The notes under the pieces are model-generated. The model saw only the letters and a list, made by a program, of their open reading frames with translations, made no database searches and was not told where the DNA came from. 20,000 nt of DNA from contig JAPEUI010000007.1 of NCBI GenBank assembly GCA_026025075.1, positions 245,830 to 265,829 on the forward strand. Reading direction: 5' to 3'. Each line of letters opens with the position of its first letter. Positions within the stretch are counted from its first letter, which is position 1. The position numbers and the translations under genes were made by a program. This document shows positions 19,749 to 20,000 of the stretch, one piece after another. Source of the stretch: Vezdaea acicularis (lineage: Eukaryota).

Positions 19749-20000
19749 CTACTCCAACATAGCCACCAGATCATCCATCCTCTGCTCCATCATGTCCGCA
19801 TTTTGCCGCATCTCGGCAGCCAAGCTACGGACCTCCCTGGCAAGCACCAGCACAGGGGGCTCATTCAGGGGCTGGAACCCCCGCTGGCGAGCCGGAGCCC
19901 CAGGCGCTACAGCGGCAGCCTGAGGCCCGGTAGCCCTGACCACGGGCCTGGAAGCCGGAGGCCGGACAGCCCGGGCCACAGCCCTAGCCACGGCCACGGC
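19749..20000 (-). CDS. 3' end of an antisense ORF downstream of pol (Ala/Arg/Pro-rich, C-terminal amphipathic or coiled-coil helix); 5' end outside window
   Basis: Frame is open from 20000 to TAG at 19749-19751, with a sharp rise in GC. Protein ends ...AVARAVARAVR...VLVLAREVRSLAAEMRQNADMMEQRMDDLVAMLE*. Confidence 0.55.
   Translation of the reverse strand, partial: AVAVARAVARAVRPPASRPVVRATGPQAAAVAPGAPARQRGFQPLNEPPVLVLAREVRSLAAEMRQNADMMEQRMDDLVAMLE

Larger units (their letters stand above)
14682..20000 (+). mobile_element. Ty3/gypsy (Metaviridae) LTR retrotransposon, apparently intact, 3' end beyond the window
   Basis: LTR end ..CTACA plus PBS, then gag, -1 frameshift, and PR-RT-RNaseH-IN order. 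No 3' LTR or PPT is seen before 20000. The left boundary is uncertain. Confidence 0.93.

Noticed and set aside
19235..19923. ORFs 19235-19573 (-), 19383-19580 (-) and 19585-19923 (+), the last as a possible env-like ORF3
   Set aside because: They overlap pol or the repeat spacer. The plus-strand ORF has a TTG start and no signal or transmembrane segment, and reads as the shadow of the antisense ORF.

Overview
Gene-dense, intron-containing fungal DNA, most likely a filamentous ascomycete (Pezizomycotina), judged from short GT-AG introns with CTRAY branch sites. Host genes: a 5'-truncated importin-beta (KAP123/importin-4-like) with a snR71/U29-type box C/D snoRNA in its first visible intron; divergent COQ5 and branched-chain 2-oxoacid dehydrogenase E1-alpha; three lineage-specific predicted secreted proteins (two Cys-rich, two with internal repeats); and a three-exon probable REC114. 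From about 14.7 kb to the window end lies an apparently intact Ty3/gypsy LTR retrotransposon. It has a PBS, gag, a textbook -1 frameshift signal (A_AAA_AAC plus 12-bp stem or possible pseudoknot) and PR-RT-RH-IN with no chromodomain. It also shows a strong restriction of CpG to CCG/CGG contexts, and an extra antisense ORF after pol that runs off the window edge. All calls are by eye; no database searches were run.
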